In this document: piece by piece, positions 18,778 through 27,633 of the stretch
How positions within the stretch are numbered: position 1 is the stretch's first letter
Layout of the letters: each line of letters begins with the position of its first letter
Notes under the pieces: model-generated
Databases searched by the model: none
What the model was told of the DNA's origin: nothing
The model's input: only the letters and a program-made list of their open reading frames with translations
Program-made: the position numbers and the translations under genes
Origin: a virus
DNA: 64,000 nt
Reading direction: 5' to 3' (one strand)
Virus genome (UHGV): UHGV-1363143

Positions 18778-19638
18778 TTATTTTCCCATCATCAATTTGT
18801 GAGATTTTATAACATTTTCACATAATGCTATAACTGTTAATGTTCCAGTATGTCCATAACCACTAGCTATATTGATATTAGAATAATGATTTAAGATATC
18901 TTCTTTATCAAAATCTCCTACACCAGGTATTCCATCTACTCTATCCATAGAGCAATCAATAATTGTTTCTACAAAAGATCCATCAATATCGCAACTGTTA
19001 AACATTTTTCTTTTGCCACATCCAGTTACAATAATATCTGTTTCTTCCAATCCCTTTTCCTTTTCATATTCTGCACTTTTAGTATGAAGAACGGTTGGTG
19101 TCATATTCTTTTGTAACGCTAATTGCATTAAAGGTTTACCTATCAAATTACTTCTATTGAATATAGCAATAGACTTACCAGTTAAATCTCCATGTACATA
19201 CTCAAGTAGCTTAATAACCCCTAGAGCAGTACATGGTACTAACGCTTTATCACTTCCTGAAACTAATAATCCTTTTTGTTCATTAGTAAATCCATCTACA
19301 TCTGCATTTGTAGGAATTAACTTTGCTATATCTTCTTCAGTTAACTGAGGGAATGGTAATTGAACTATAATTGAATATCCTTCATGTTTACTTATGATAT
19401 TTTCTAAAGTAAATAGTAATTCTTCTTTAGTTCTTCCACTCCATTTAACTTCTGCCAGTGCTACTTCAATACCTAACTCATTTGCTACTTTCATTTTATT
19501 AGAAACGTATTTCTTACTTGGCTCATAGTAACGTTCAGCCATAATAATCAATAGTTTAGGTGTAGATTTGAGATGCTTAATCTCTATCCTAAGTTGCTCT
19601 TTCCATTGTTCTGCGAATGCTTTAGTGTTAATTTCCAT
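18778..19638 (-). CDS. folD: bifunctional 5,10-methylene-tetrahydrofolate dehydrogenase/cyclohydrolase
   Basis: SKKYVSNKMK (YxxxK), IIVQLPFP, DVDGFT, PCTALG, NRSNLIGKPL — near-diagnostic FolD motifs; 286 aa. Confidence 0.85.
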   Translation of the reverse strand: MEINTKAFAEQWKEQLRIEIKHLKSTPKLLIIMAERYYEPSKKYVSNKMKVANELGIEVALAEVKWSGRTKEELLFTLENIISKHEGYSIIVQLPFPQLTEEDIAKLIPTNADVDGFTNEQKGLLVSGSDKALVPCTALGVIKLLEYVHGDLTGKSIAIFNRSNLIGKPLMQLALQKNMTPTVLHTKSAEYEKEKGLEETDIIVTGCGKRKMFNSCDIDGSFVETIIDCSMDRVDGIPGVGDFDKEDILNHYSNINIASGYGHTGTLTVIALCENVIKSHKLMMGK

Positions 19639-19659
19639 GTCAATTACTCCTTAAATGTT

Positions 19660-19890
19660 TTATTTACTTTTTAATTTTTGACCACAATATACGCAGTAGA
19701 ATATTCCATCTATTGCAGATGTAACTCTACCGCATTTGCATATACCAGTATCACTTTCTTCGTCATATTTACTTAATTTATAAGTTGAATCTTTATCAAT
19801 TAATGCTTTTAACCATTCTTTTGATTCTTCATCCATAATGCGATTATCATTAATTGTTGTAATAGTATTTCTGACTCCTATATCAGTCAT
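19660..19890 (-). CDS. small zinc-ribbon protein
   Basis: CKCG...CVYCG; 76 aa. Confidence 0.35.
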   Translation of the reverse strand: MTDIGVRNTITTINDNRIMDEESKEWLKALIDKDSTYKLSKYDEESDTGICKCGRVTSAIDGIFYCVYCGQKLKSK

Positions 19891-19920
19891 AGATTTTAAT
19901 TCCTTTCATTAAATAAATTT

Positions 19921-21291
19921 CTAAGCAAGTACTTTAAACTCTCCATTTGGAAGAAGTACATTAATCTCAACTTTATTCACAGTAGTTTCAGTAATTTCAA
20001 CACCTTTATCAGTGTCAGTTTCAGTTTCAACTGTTTGTTTTGAAACTCTACCTTTAATAAGATGACTATGGCCATCTCCTTCATCTACTATTCCATCTAG
20101 ACATCCTGATGTTAAAACTAATCCAAGTTGTCCAATATTAAATGGTAGAAGAGGATTCTTGATAGTTTCATCTAACTTCTCAACTCTTTGATTTGCCCAC
20201 ATCTTATCCATTAAAGAAGATTTTTCAATAATTTGTTCAACTTCTTCTAAGTCCAATGCAGATCCTTTAAATAAATCAATATAGACACTTGATCTTGGTA
20301 AAACATATTCTGTATCAAGTTCTTCAATATTTGCTATTCTTGAAAATTCAAATAATCTTCTTAATTTTGCATACTCTTCTTCTCTAGGTTCTTTGACAGA
20401 TTCCTTTTGGCCAATAATATGAACTAGTCCAAGGTTAGAAAATCCAATACCTTCAGCTTTTATTATTTGAATATTTTTTAAATGTTTACTAAGCATTGAA
20501 CAAATATCTTTGAATAATCTAGTGTAAGGCATTGTTATTACCATTACTCCGTCTGTTCTAAGGTATTTGAACATATCTGCTATATAGCTTTTTTCAATTC
20601 TTTTATTAGCAAAGATATCTTCTTCATCTATTTCTAAGTGAAGTTTCGGTTGAACATATAAGATATCAAATGCATTGTTTTGTATTCTTGAACCTCTCAA
20701 AATACCTTTTACTACCTTATGCATATTTGACTTAGCTCTAGATAACATTACATCATTCGCTTCATTACCATAGGCCAACACTTTGTTTGGAATAATATTA
20801 AATGGATCTATATTTGCTCCATCATAACAATCAGGATAAAACAAAGTTATATCCCTATTTCCTGTTGGAATTATCTTTCTAGATATTTCATACAAAGAAG
20901 AGCTATTGCTTATATCATTCTGTTGCCTATTACTATAAGCTTGGTGCCATTGCAAAGCATATCTGTTAAAATCTGCGGATGAAAAATCTTTAAGCATTAT
21001 CGTGTCAAATTCTTCACATATTGTAGTTAATGCTCTTTTAAATGCGTGCACATCCTCAGCTGTTTGTGCATTGCTTATTTCTAAAAGTATATTTCTATAT
21101 TTAGAATGGAATAAATCTCTTCCAGTAGTAAAATATGCTTCACCTGTTGCCAAAGCTATGTCATATGCTAATGCGTAAAACTTATTTTTGTATGTAAGTA
21201 AGCTATCTGGTTTTGTATCAAGTTTAACTTGATCATTTAAAGTTTTCATTCTTACGATATTGTCTCTGATTGTATATAAACTAAATAACAT
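19921..21291 (-). CDS. hypothetical protein (456 aa)
   Basis: long ORF in the operon frame; no confident motif. Confidence 0.4.
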   Translation of the reverse strand: MLFSLYTIRDNIVRMKTLNDQVKLDTKPDSLLTYKNKFYALAYDIALATGEAYFTTGRDLFHSKYRNILLEISNAQTAEDVHAFKRALTTICEEFDTIMLKDFSSADFNRYALQWHQAYSNRQQNDISNSSSLYEISRKIIPTGNRDITLFYPDCYDGANIDPFNIIPNKVLAYGNEANDVMLSRAKSNMHKVVKGILRGSRIQNNAFDILYVQPKLHLEIDEEDIFANKRIEKSYIADMFKYLRTDGVMVITMPYTRLFKDICSMLSKHLKNIQIIKAEGIGFSNLGLVHIIGQKESVKEPREEEYAKLRRLFEFSRIANIEELDTEYVLPRSSVYIDLFKGSALDLEEVEQIIEKSSLMDKMWANQRVEKLDETIKNPLLPFNIGQLGLVLTSGCLDGIVDEGDGHSHLIKGRVSKQTVETETDTDKGVEITETTVNKVEINVLLPNGEFKVLA

Positions 21292-21351
21292 TTTTGTACC
21301 TCCATTTTTCCATTAAGCGTCATAAATAAAGCACTTTTTTATATTATGCTT

Positions 21352-21388
21352 TTTAAAAAAATAAAAAGACCGGATTTACTCCGATCTT
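21352..21388 (-). terminator. rho-independent terminator after dnaE
   Basis: stem agaccgga/tccgatct with one mismatch, followed by TTTTTATTTTTTT on the minus strand. Confidence 0.5.
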
Positions 21389-21394
21389 TAAAAT

Positions 21395-24300
21395 TTATGC
21401 AATAAATTGTTGAAGGATTAAAGAATCCCTATCTCTTTTTGCTTTAATTGTAATAACTTGATTGTTTTTCATATATTTTGTATTTCCTTTATATATTGTA
21501 CTGAATACAGTACTATCAATGTATCCTGATGTAGTTTCTAAAGTTAAGAAGGCCATTGGATTATTATTCTTATCTTTTATCTTCTTAACTCTTCTAACTA
21601 TAGCTTGTAATTGACATACTTCTCCATGTCTAACTCCTTCAAATGAAAATGGTTCAAAATATTGAACTGGATTACTTGTTATAGGTACTTCATATAACAC
21701 AGATTCTATGTCTTGAAGACTAGCTTCTGATTTAAATATCATATCTTTTGAAATTTTAATCTCGGCCAAAGGTTCTTCCTTTCTAGCTTCACAATATTCT
21801 TTATATACTGCTAGTCTATTTTCTTCAAAACATTCAAAAGCTCCTCCAAAAATAGAAACCACAAATGCCTTCTTATTGAATTTACTTGTAACCTTGTCCA
21901 TAGTATCTTTTAAAGAGCTTAATGGTCTTGCAGCGTCTAATGCATCATATGCAACTTTACCTAAGCCTTTAGCTGCAACGAATCCTATTCTTAATTGGTT
22001 ATCTTCTATTGAGAATGGCCATAATGATTTATTTATATCTAATCCTAAGAATCTTATTCCTACTCTTCTACATTCTTGTATTGTTTCAGATATAGATTCT
22101 TTTCTATCATATGCATTTGTTAAAGAGTTCTTCATCCACTCTAACGGATGATATGTCTTTAAGTAAGCTGTGTAATAGCATAATAATGCATAAGCAACTG
22201 CATGAGATTTATTAAAACTATACTTACCAGTATCAAGCATTATATCCCATATTCTAGTTGCTACATCTTCAGGAACTCTATTCTTATTAGCAAGTTCTCT
22301 ATATTCGGTTTCTGCAGCTGCTAATTTTTCTTGTTTCTTTTTAGCAGCAAACTTCATTACTTGGAATGCTCTTTCTAGATCCATACCAAAGTTAACAAGT
22401 ATTTGCATCATTTGTTCTTGATATAAAAGAACACCATTGGTACTAGCTGTAACAGAATCATAGAATGGATGTATAAGTTCAATTTCTCTTTTACCTTCAA
22501 CTACTTGCATATATACTTCATCTAGTTTAGAAGATATGCATGGTCCACGAACTAATGCTAAACAAGCAGCTAGTTCTTCTATTGTTCTAGGTTTTAATCT
22601 ATCCATTCTCTTTTTATAAGTTTCTGATGATATTTGGAATAACGTAGTAGTATTTTTAGATCCTATCGTATCCCAAACATAAGGATTATTTAACCATACA
22701 TCATCATCAAAATCAGCTTCGAAATTAATATCTATTTCTGTAGCTGAAGTTACGTCAAGAGTTGCTAATGATAAATAATCATACTTAATGGCACCTGCAT
22801 ATTCAGCATCTGATAAATTTAATGCTGTGGCCATCATGCCATCGTCTTTTCTATTTTTGATTAATGGGACGTATTCTTTTAAAGGAATAGGACTAATAAG
22901 AGTACCAGCAGCATGTATGCTAGTTGTTTTAGATAAGTTTTCTAATTTCATAGCAGCTTCGAACCATTCTTCATGTTCAGCTTTAATAGTTCTTAATTCT
23001 TCGCTAATTTCAAGAGCTTCTTCAATAGACAAATCAGTTTGCTTTTCTCCATCTTCATCATTGTAATATACTTGAGGAATCAATTTAGCAGTATACTCTG
23101 CAAAATCGCTCTCTATATTGAAAATTCTAGCAGTATCTTTAATAGCAGAACGAGCCTTTCTTATAGTAAAAGTACTAACAAGAGCACAACATTCCTTACC
23201 ATATTTATTAAGAGTATATTCAAACAGTTCCATTCTTCTGTTACTAGCAACATCTAGGTCTACATCTGGAACAGAACCCTTTCTATGAATAGAAATAAAT
23301 CTTTCAAATAATAATCCATACTTAATAGGATCTACTTTTGTTATCCCTATTAGATATGCAATTAAACTTCCTCCTATCGAACCTCTGCCTGGTCCCATTG
23401 GAATATGTTTCTTTTTTGCATAATCATAAATATCTTTAATGATTAATAAATATCCACTAAATCCTACTTCTTTTAAAGTTTCAAGCTCATATTGAGCTCT
23501 ATCATAATAAACTGATGGATCTTTTAATCTATAACTTATTTCATTTAATTTATCTATAGATATTTTTGCAAGATATTCATCCTCATTATATCCCTCTGGT
23601 ATATCTGCTTTAGGCATTTTTATTTTACCATCATACAAATTAGATAAATCTATTTGTGAAGCTATTCTAACTGTATTATCAATAGCTTCTTCTACTATTT
23701 CTCTATCTAGATAAGGAAATAATTCTACTATTTCCTCATGATTCATTAAATAATAACATTTATCAGGATAAATCATAGCGTCATCATGCTTTTTCTTTTG
23801 GGCCATCTTTACATGTTGATCATGTGCTATATAGTCCTCTGCATTTAAATAATGAATGTCGTTAGTTACAACCAGCTTTGTGCAGGTTTCTTTAGCTAAT
23901 TCCACTAATAATTTATTAACTGTTATCTGATCTTCAAAATCACCTGGCTGAATTTCAAGATAAAAGTCAGCAAATATTTCTTTATATTCTTCAATTAATT
24001 TAATTATTTCTTTGTATCTTATATTAATATAATCATCTATAATATCTTCTTGAGATATTTCTATTGGATCTATTCCTGCAGTCTTTAAAACATTGTTGAT
24101 ATTATCCATATGCATTTCTAAGCCTTCAATACCATCATTACTCACTTTAACTATATCCATAATCATTTTAGGTATTCTACCACCTAAACATGCAGATAAA
24201 GCTATTAAGTTTGAACCGTGTTCTCTTAATACTGATATATCTGTACGTGGTTTGTAGTAATATCCATTGAATTGTGAGTCTGCTGATATATGTAAAAGGT

Positions 24301-24583
24301 CTTTATAACCTTGTTTGTTCTTAGCTAATAATACTAAATGATAATACCCTTTTTGTTTTTCAGTACGGTCATTGCACTCATAGGCTTCTAATCCTATTAA
24401 TGGCTTGACACCATGTTCATTGCACTCTTTGTAAAATTCAATTACATTGGCCATAGAACCATGGTCAGTAATAGACAATGCTTCTATGCCTATATTCTTG
24501 GCTTTCTTCACAGCATCCTTAGTTTTTAGTATGCTGTCACCAATTGAACCTTTCGCATAGTGCATGTGTAAAGGTATATACAT
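21395..24583 (-). CDS. dnaE: DNA polymerase III alpha subunit (DnaE-type, N-terminal PHP domain)
   Basis: PHP domain MYIPLHMHYAKGSIGDSIL...ALSITDHGSMANVIEF...LIGLEAY; Pol III alpha core (…YSFNKSHAVAYA…); 1062 aa. Confidence 0.85.
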   Translation of the reverse strand: MYIPLHMHYAKGSIGDSILKTKDAVKKAKNIGIEALSITDHGSMANVIEFYKECNEHGVKPLIGLEAYECNDRTEKQKGYYHLVLLAKNKQGYKDLLHISADSQFNGYYYKPRTDISVLREHGSNLIALSACLGGRIPKMIMDIVKVSNDGIEGLEMHMDNINNVLKTAGIDPIEISQEDIIDDYINIRYKEIIKLIEEYKEIFADFYLEIQPGDFEDQITVNKLLVELAKETCTKLVVTNDIHYLNAEDYIAHDQHVKMAQKKKHDDAMIYPDKCYYLMNHEEIVELFPYLDREIVEEAIDNTVRIASQIDLSNLYDGKIKMPKADIPEGYNEDEYLAKISIDKLNEISYRLKDPSVYYDRAQYELETLKEVGFSGYLLIIKDIYDYAKKKHIPMGPGRGSIGGSLIAYLIGITKVDPIKYGLLFERFISIHRKGSVPDVDLDVASNRRMELFEYTLNKYGKECCALVSTFTIRKARSAIKDTARIFNIESDFAEYTAKLIPQVYYNDEDGEKQTDLSIEEALEISEELRTIKAEHEEWFEAAMKLENLSKTTSIHAAGTLISPIPLKEYVPLIKNRKDDGMMATALNLSDAEYAGAIKYDYLSLATLDVTSATEIDINFEADFDDDVWLNNPYVWDTIGSKNTTTLFQISSETYKKRMDRLKPRTIEELAACLALVRGPCISSKLDEVYMQVVEGKREIELIHPFYDSVTASTNGVLLYQEQMMQILVNFGMDLERAFQVMKFAAKKKQEKLAAAETEYRELANKNRVPEDVATRIWDIMLDTGKYSFNKSHAVAYALLCYYTAYLKTYHPLEWMKNSLTNAYDRKESISETIQECRRVGIRFLGLDINKSLWPFSIEDNQLRIGFVAAKGLGKVAYDALDAARPLSSLKDTMDKVTSKFNKKAFVVSIFGGAFECFEENRLAVYKEYCEARKEEPLAEIKISKDMIFKSEASLQDIESVLYEVPITSNPVQYFEPFSFEGVRHGEVCQLQAIVRRVKKIKDKNNNPMAFLTLETTSGYIDSTVFSTIYKGNTKYMKNNQVITIKAKRDRDSLILQQFIA

Positions 24584-24603
24584 TGTTCTCTCCTCCTGAA
24601 GTC

Positions 24604-24632
24604 AAATAAAAAAGACCAGTTAATACTGGTCT
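24604..24632 (-). terminator. hairpin + T-run (possible attenuator) immediately upstream of dnaE
   Basis: 8-bp perfect stem agaccagt/actggtct followed by TTTTTTAT on the minus strand. Confidence 0.45.
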
Positions 24633-24638
24633 TTAAAT

Positions 24639-25130
24639 TTATAATATATTATCTAATTCTTTAAATTTATCAAAAATATTAAATTCACAGGCACCATCTA
24701 AGAATTGATAGTTACTGCCATTATCTGTTGTAACATATAAATATTTTACGTCTTTCATCACAAAAGCATTAAGGTCATCAGTCAATTCTTTTGACTCTAT
24801 TATATCTTTATTAGGACCATAATATCTTTTATATGTAGATTTTAGTCCGTCTATCATTGCTCTAAGTGGAACTTTAGCTGGATTATCGTCATATTCTAAA
24901 TCTTCATTTACTGCTTTTAAATCTTTATATCTTTCTTTGTCGATTTTAAGTAAATCGCCTTCCCAAAACAATTCTATTTTCCCAAGAAAAAGTCTACTAA
25001 GTTTTCCACTTCTTTCTTTGGCTATATATATTTTTTCATACGGAACTGTTGTTGTAGACAATCCATAATCAATTATATCCTCACTTCTCAATCTTTTATT
25101 ACCAAATTTTATAAAGCTCAAAATAGCCAC
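24639..25130 (-). CDS. hypothetical protein (probable GTG start)
   Basis: 163-aa ORF; no in-frame ATG near the 5' end. Confidence 0.35.
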   Translation of the reverse strand: MAILSFIKFGNKRLRSEDIIDYGLSTTTVPYEKIYIAKERSGKLSRLFLGKIELFWEGDLLKIDKERYKDLKAVNEDLEYDDNPAKVPLRAMIDGLKSTYKRYYGPNKDIIESKELTDDLNAFVMKDVKYLYVTTDNGSNYQFLDGACEFNIFDKFKELDNIL

Positions 25131-25158
25131 CCTCTCATTTGTGTTTTTATATAATTTA

Positions 25159-25188
25159 TTGTATATTTATTTGAAATTGTGCTATAAT
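25159..25188 (+). promoter_or_regulatory. plus-strand sigma70-type promoter with extended -10 (TTGTAT-N18-TGcTATAAT)
   Basis: TTGTAT at 25159-64; TG at 25180-81; TATAAT at 25183-88. This is the only strong plus-strand promoter-like element found in the window. Confidence 0.45.
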
Positions 25189-25194
25189 ATTAGT

Positions 25195-25291
25195 AAGGAA
25201 AGGTCAAGTGTTACATTTGACCTATGGCTTATGATATGTTAAAGATTAAAGTAGCTTAACTTGGTGAGTGTGGGCTACTTTTTTCTTTTTG
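25195..25291 (+). ncRNA. putative ~95-nt antisense small RNA convergent with, and overlapping the 3' end of, the small membrane-protein gene
   Basis: defined by the upstream promoter and a plus-strand terminator (stem gtagc/gctac 25251-25278 followed by TTTTTTCTTTTT); contains near-palindromic hairpin aggtcaagtgttacatttgacct. Confidence 0.35.
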
Positions 25292-25439
25292 TATCTTTAT
25301 CTTCAGTTACAGACAATTCAGCTGTAACACCATCTATACTTCTATCAACTTTCGTTGAGAATTTCTTTCCAAATACAATCGAAACTATAGCAACTATAGT
25401 TACACTGATTATAAGTAAAGCTTGTATAAATTCTGACAT
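25275..25439 (-). CDS. small single-TM protein, 54 aa (type I toxin-like or holin-like)
   Basis: ATG at 25437-39 with AGGTGG 6 nt upstream; MSEFIQALLIISVTIVAIVSIVFGKKFSTKV... is a hydrophobic helix followed by a charged tail; own extended -10 promoter (TGgTATAAT) at ~25527-25555. Confidence 0.5.
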   Translation of the reverse strand: MSEFIQALLIISVTIVAIVSIVFGKKFSTKVDRSIDGVTAELSVTEDKDTKRKK

Positions 25440-25562
25440 GGATACCACCTTCTTCCCGTCATTAAAATTGCCATAGAGCAATTTGTAACACTCGACCTAA
25501 ATGAAGAAGGATAACTTATCATAAGTTTCCTTACTGAATTATTATACCATAATTGGTATAAG

Positions 25563-26324
25563 CTAAGCTATGTTAACTTTTAAACTTTCTGTTTCTATTG
25601 TTGTTGCATTAAACATATGCAGATCTCCAGTTATTTTATTAAATCCTATAATATTATTTAAAATATTAAAAGTAGTAACTGCACTGGTTATGTTTGCACC
25701 TATGTTTTGAATATTTTCTAACATGATTTCACCACAGCTTGCTGTAGGTTCTTTTATTTCCTCGTCTTCAAGTATTTGAGGAAAGTAAGTACTAGCAGAT
25801 GGAAGTACCACTTCATCACGAGTTCTATAAGCTATTACAGTTTGTCCTGTAAGTTCATCTAAGCTACCACTATTACCAGTATCAATTGCAATAATTCCTG
25901 GGCAATTATGATTAGTAAATTCAAAATCATTAAATGCTTGGTCAATATATTTCCTAGCTTCATTATTATCTACACATGAAACTATTATATTTGTTGTTCC
26001 ATAAGATCTATCTAATAATTTTAAAACATCTTCTTTAGATGATATGTACTTATCGACATAGGATATTTCCATTCCAAATACTGCAGAATACCTATCAGAT
26101 AAAACTTCAGCTTTTAATTTTCCCACATCACTTTCTAAGAATTTTTGTGTTCTTAAATTTTTTTCTTCTACTCTATCACCATCAACTAATATAACTTTAT
26201 GTTTCATATTATAAACCTTGTTATTTCCTATTAGCTGACTTAAAAATGAAATAAGGTGAGAACCAGTCCCACCTACACCTACCACTATTATATTATAAGA
26301 TGAATTCTTTTTAAGCTCTATCAT
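25563..26324 (-). CDS. E1-like adenylating enzyme of the ThiF/MoeB/HesA family
   Basis: VVGVGGTGS Rossmann motif; DGDRVEEKNLRTQ; VSCVDNNEARKYI; C-terminal SCGEIM...AVTTF matches the MoeB CxxxGV region; 253 aa. Confidence 0.8.
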   Translation of the reverse strand: MIELKKNSSYNIIVVGVGGTGSHLISFLSQLIGNNKVYNMKHKVILVDGDRVEEKNLRTQKFLESDVGKLKAEVLSDRYSAVFGMEISYVDKYISSKEDVLKLLDRSYGTTNIIVSCVDNNEARKYIDQAFNDFEFTNHNCPGIIAIDTGNSGSLDELTGQTVIAYRTRDEVVLPSASTYFPQILEDEEIKEPTASCGEIMLENIQNIGANITSAVTTFNILNNIIGFNKITGDLHMFNATTIETESLKVNIA

Positions 26325-26346
26325 TATATTGCCTCCTTACAAGCCT

Positions 26347-26913
26347 TTAGCCTTTAGTTTGGAATTTAAGAAGAACTTCCAATGTTCCAGTAGATTCATC
26401 AAAGTCATAGAATACCTTATCTTTCTTAAAGTTTGGAAAATTATATTCTGTAACTAATTTAACTCTGATATCTTCAAATTTTGCATTGGTATCTTCTTCG
26501 ATATATATTTCTCTACCGAATACTTTAACAATCCTTGGACCATCATATTTAGGTTCTTTTGGTTTTGAACTCTTCTTCTTAGAAGATTTCTTTGCTTCAG
26601 TTTTAGTTCCATCAGGATTTCTATCCTTATCATATTCAACTAAATGATCTATAGCAAAGGCTATTGCATCACATGCATTAGTAAATGCATTTGGATTTAA
26701 TGTAGAATATCCACATTCATTATCTGCAGGAGTTAGAACATCAAATCTTCCATCTCCCCATTCCATTACTCCTATCGTTAAATTTTTATATTTAATTTCT
26801 CTATTTTCTCTAAAGAAAGCCTCAAACTGCTCTCTAGTCATAGACTCTGTAATATTTGTATCCTCCTCATCATGAAGATCGCTTATATAATTAATTGTAT
26901 TTTCTGTTGTCAT
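26347..26913 (-). CDS. protein with a C-terminal ubiquitin-like beta-grasp domain ending in a single Gly
   Basis: C-terminal ~62 aa RIVKVFGREIYIEEDTNAKFEDIRVKLVTEYNFPNFKKDKVFYDFDESTGTLEVLLKFQTKG* has the ubiquitin-like secondary-structure pattern; the ORF ends in Gly immediately before the stop. Confidence 0.5.
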   Translation of the reverse strand: MTTENTINYISDLHDEEDTNITESMTREQFEAFFRENREIKYKNLTIGVMEWGDGRFDVLTPADNECGYSTLNPNAFTNACDAIAFAIDHLVEYDKDRNPDGTKTEAKKSSKKKSSKPKEPKYDGPRIVKVFGREIYIEEDTNAKFEDIRVKLVTEYNFPNFKKDKVFYDFDESTGTLEVLLKFQTKG

Positions 26914-26931
26914 AACATCTCTCTCCTATTC

Positions 26932-27633
26932 TTATCTTAAATTATCTAAAAAGCTTTGATATGTTGGTGTATTGTATGATTGCACTAAAATATTATTATC
27001 AAACGAAGAACCTTCCATTAATTCTAAAAGTTCTTTATATGAAAATGGACTAGAATTACTTCCAATGTACCCATCATTATTATTTGTCATTGATAAAAAC
27101 ATTTCAGGAATCATTACTATATTGCTTAAATCATTTAATTCAAAATCACTTAATGTATTCCCTCCAAGGCATACACTTTTTGTATCGAATACATTACTGT
27201 AAGGGTATCTATATATAGGCATGTCCATAGTTATAGGACCATTTTGCACACATCCTATTCTTAACGAAACGCATTTATTATTACATACTTTAATAGCATA
27301 TAAAGTTCTAGGCATAGCTACTTTCTTGTATACTTTTTTCGCAAGTTTCATATCTGCAGGAACTTGTTCTCTCAATAAAACATACCATTTAGATTTACTA
27401 GAGAATATTTCTTTGACTTGAATTGTAGATATCATATGATCTCCTGGTAGTATATCTGATACTTGAACGTTAGCTGATGAGTTATCAAAATTATCTTCTG
27501 TAGTGGAACAATTTAATAGTGATAATAAAGTTTCAAAACTTATATTTTTATTTGTCTTAACTCCATTTTCATTTTCAACAATAACTTTACAGTAATTACT
27601 ATCATTCAATTCTATGATTGTTCTCTCGCTCAT
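26932..27633 (-). CDS. E2-like (UBC-fold) protein with a variant HPN motif
   Basis: PIYRYPYSNVFDTKSVCLGG corresponds to the UBC HPN(I/V)x3-4GxICL active site with the catalytic Cys conserved; 233 aa. Confidence 0.5.
   Translation of the reverse strand: MSERTIIELNDSNYCKVIVENENGVKTNKNISFETLLSLLNCSTTEDNFDNSSANVQVSDILPGDHMISTIQVKEIFSSKSKWYVLLREQVPADMKLAKKVYKKVAMPRTLYAIKVCNNKCVSLRIGCVQNGPITMDMPIYRYPYSNVFDTKSVCLGGNTLSDFELNDLSNIVMIPEMFLSMTNNNDGYIGSNSSPFSYKELLELMEGSSFDNNILVQSYNTPTYQSFLDNLR

Noticed and set aside
25261-25476. Plus-strand 71-aa ORF opposite the small membrane-protein gene
   Set aside because: It begins inside a terminator hairpin, has no ribosome-binding site and lies downstream of the plus-strand terminator. 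Its region is interpreted instead as the antisense side of the small-protein gene.
26454-26639. 61-aa ORF nested in the Ubl-fusion gene
   Set aside because: Alternative frame inside a longer ORF; Lys/Arg-rich translation with no support.
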